NCBI GenBank assembly: GCA_965178125.1
Contig: OZ237773.1
Location: 124,001 to 188,000, forward strand
From: Bilabrum cf. latius
Lineage: Eukaryota
Direction of reading: 5' to 3'
DNA length: 64,000 nucleotides
Every line of letters begins with the position of its first letter. Position 1 is the first letter of the stretch. Positions 61,701 through 64,000 of this stretch are shown in pieces. A program made the translations under genes and the position numbers. Under the pieces are notes generated by a model. The model saw only the letters and a program-made list of their open reading frames with translations, searched no databases and had not been told where the DNA came from.

Positions 61701-64000
61701 CCTGCCGTAACTCCGCAACGCTCAAGCGAAGTGCTGCCCTGACGGCCAGCTGCATGAGCGGGGGCTAAGCGCAAGACGTCATTAGCGGCTGAAGCCTGTG
61801 CTGACGGACCAGACGACCAAGTGATGTGGCGTAGTCCACCGGTGGGCAGCAAAGAGATACCGCTGCAATCACGCGGCGGCTTGCCCGCGTCCACTAGAAA
61901 GCACCGGCACCTTCTGGTCCTTTGCGCAGTGCCACTGCCACTTTGGCCATGATTGCGACGGCTTGCGACCACTACTAGGGCCAGCTAGCTGCGGAGCTGT
62001 TCTGCAGAAGAGCAGAACCACCCGAACTGGGTATCCCGCTTCGTTCTGACGCGCTGCCGTGCCCGCTCTTAGTCTGCCCTGCAGTATTGGATGGCTGGCC
62101 AGCAGACTGCTTCTTTCGGGCTGCTCGCTATGCCGACTGATCCGATCCCGAGTCACCAGAGGGCAGCAGCCCGGCGGCAATGGCCAGCTGCAAAGCTGCA
62201 AGCGATGCCAGGGCGATGACCTGCCTCGCGCTTGGCTGCTCCATTAAGCTACCAAGGGCATGACCCCCACCATCAGAGCCGAGTCCCTCTGGCGATGCCG
62301 TCGGTGACACGCCAGCAAGCGGAGATGCTGCCATGGGACTTGACGAGATTCCAGGCCCAGGTTCCCCGCTTGCAAGCACCTGCATGCAGTCGGCTAGCTG
62401 TGCCAATACACTGCCGATCGACGGGACTGGGTGCCTGCTTGCGGCACACGCCGCGGTTCCGAGGCTCGTCCATGGCATGCGGGAGGCAAGGAGTGCTCGC
62501 TGGAGACCGTGTGACGAGTGACTTGGGTCTACCATGGAGGGGCCGATCGCGTCTCCGCAGGCGCGCGCAAATGCAGCAGTCTCCAGAGAATTGAGTCCAG
62601 CCCACGGGGCACCAGCTGCGCCGCCACTTTCAAGAAGTTTCTCAGGAGTATCGGCCGATGCACCGTGCCCGCTAGCACTGCCCGGCTACTTCGAATGGGC
62701 AGCACCACCGCCACCTACTTGGTACCGTGCGGCCAGCAAAGTCCTGTGCACCATCGCGGCTTTCTCCTGGGCCACCCGGTGCGACGAGTGCCGCGGTCCA
62801 CCGGTGGATCGATCCGATCCCTGCGACCTAGCGGATGACGAACGGCCCATGCCCGAGCTGCTGGCGATCGCTCCAGCCCCTGCAGCACCACGTCTGCCCC
62901 TAGCGGCCGAAGCGCTGTCGCTGTCGCTCGGCATAGACACTGACAACGATGAAGACGATCTGCCCATCGGTCCATCAGCAAATCTGATGGGGGCGTCAGA
63001 CTCCATGTCATTGTTAAGGTCTAGCCCGTGGCATGCCTCTAAACCGTGCAGCAGCACAAGCGCTATGCATCTGGGAGCTCCCTAGGTCTGGGCCGGCACT
63101 GAGCTCTGCTTGTTGGGCTCGTACGGCTGCAGCGCAAGCACCTGCAGCTTTGCAGGCCGGCCATCCGAAGCATGCGATTGAACTGCACCAGAATCGGCTC
63201 TTTCCATAGAAATCTGTCCTGCTGCTGCCTGGTAAGATGCTTCGCGACTCTCCGTCGTTCCCACGCCGCCAGGCAGGGATGCCTTCTCGCCGGCTGACCC
63301 GAGGAATGCGGCCGATGGCAGCATAGGCGACTGGCTTGAGCTGCTGCTATCAGCAGCATTCTGCAGGAGCACGCCTGCAGTGCACTGCTGAGCAATATGG
63401 CTGGTCCCAACTGTGACGCAGGCGGACCGCAGCAGCTGGCTGAACGCCTCCCTTGCCGCTCGACCGGTCGCAGTCTGTTCCTCCCGGGCAGCCGCTGCCA
63501 GCTGCGACCGCAAGCCGCCTCCAGCAGCTCCTGACACAGAGCCGATACTTGATAAAGCGCTACGATAAGGCTGATTGTTACTGGAATTAGCCGCTGCGGC
63601 GCCGTCACCGCCCTCACCATCCGCAGTGCCAGCGCCCTCACGATCGGATCGCACCGGTGCGGCCAGAGACAGCACAACGTCCTGAAGGACTGAGTCGTGG
63701 ACTCGGAGCGATATATCCATCGCCGGTGGTAGCAGGGTCAGAGTGGCTCCAGCCGCGTGGACTGACGCATTCCGCTACCCATACCCAAGCCACTGCCGCT
63801 GCCGCTGCCGCTGCCAGGATGCCTGAAGGTGACTGGCACCAAGCCATGCATCCACTACCCGACGCATCGACAAACTGACCGCCTCCATCGAGTTGCGACC
63901 AATCTGCGTAGAAGCACCTGCTTGCTCGCCTTCGGGCTCCCCAGACTGTTCCAAAGTGGCGTGCACGGAAGCAGCGAGGGACTGCTCCTGGGACCGAAGC
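55789..64000 (-). CDS. Giant hypothetical alpha-helical protein (>2,700 aa, start lies outside the window)
   Basis: Thirteen listed ORFs share one frame. More than 8.2 kb contains no TAA/TGA, only TAGs (including TAG-TAG pairs). Ends at TAA 55789-55791. No domain recognised with confidence. Confidence 0.82.

Noticed and set aside
1-64000. Endogenous virophage/giant-virus insertion, or tRNA/rRNA genes including the expected tRNA-Gln(CUA)
   Set aside because: No AT-rich island, capsid, polymerase B or packaging ATPase motifs, and no tRNA or rRNA recognisable by eye. A covariance-model search would be needed to exclude small RNAs.

Overview
GC-rich, intron-containing eukaryotic (protist) nuclear DNA that does not use the standard genetic code. 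TAG is read as glutamine, while TAA and TGA remain stops (equivalent to NCBI table 15). The supplied ORF track is therefore fragmented. Reading TAG as Gln joins the fragments into about ten genes: a ~2,500-aa macroglobulin-like protein, an SDR, a membrane-anchored surface glycoprotein, two secreted glycoside-hydrolase-like proteins, an ankyrin/PINK1-like kinase, FAHD1, a PINK1-like pseudokinase-armadillo protein, a C2H2 zinc-finger protein and two unknown proteins (one >2,700 aa). There are also pseudogene fragments (Crinkler-like nuclease, purple acid phosphatase). Positions 38.4-51.4 kb hold nested mobile elements. Two APE-RT LINE copies sit in tandem at the same TCTGGAA site. The long copy's endonuclease is split, without a target-site duplication, by a 6.6-kb Ngaro-type tyrosine-recombinase element that has split direct repeats, no visible RT, and internal minisatellites. 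Gene style and Ngaro content suggest a Cafeteria-like bicosoecid stramenopile, but that is inference.
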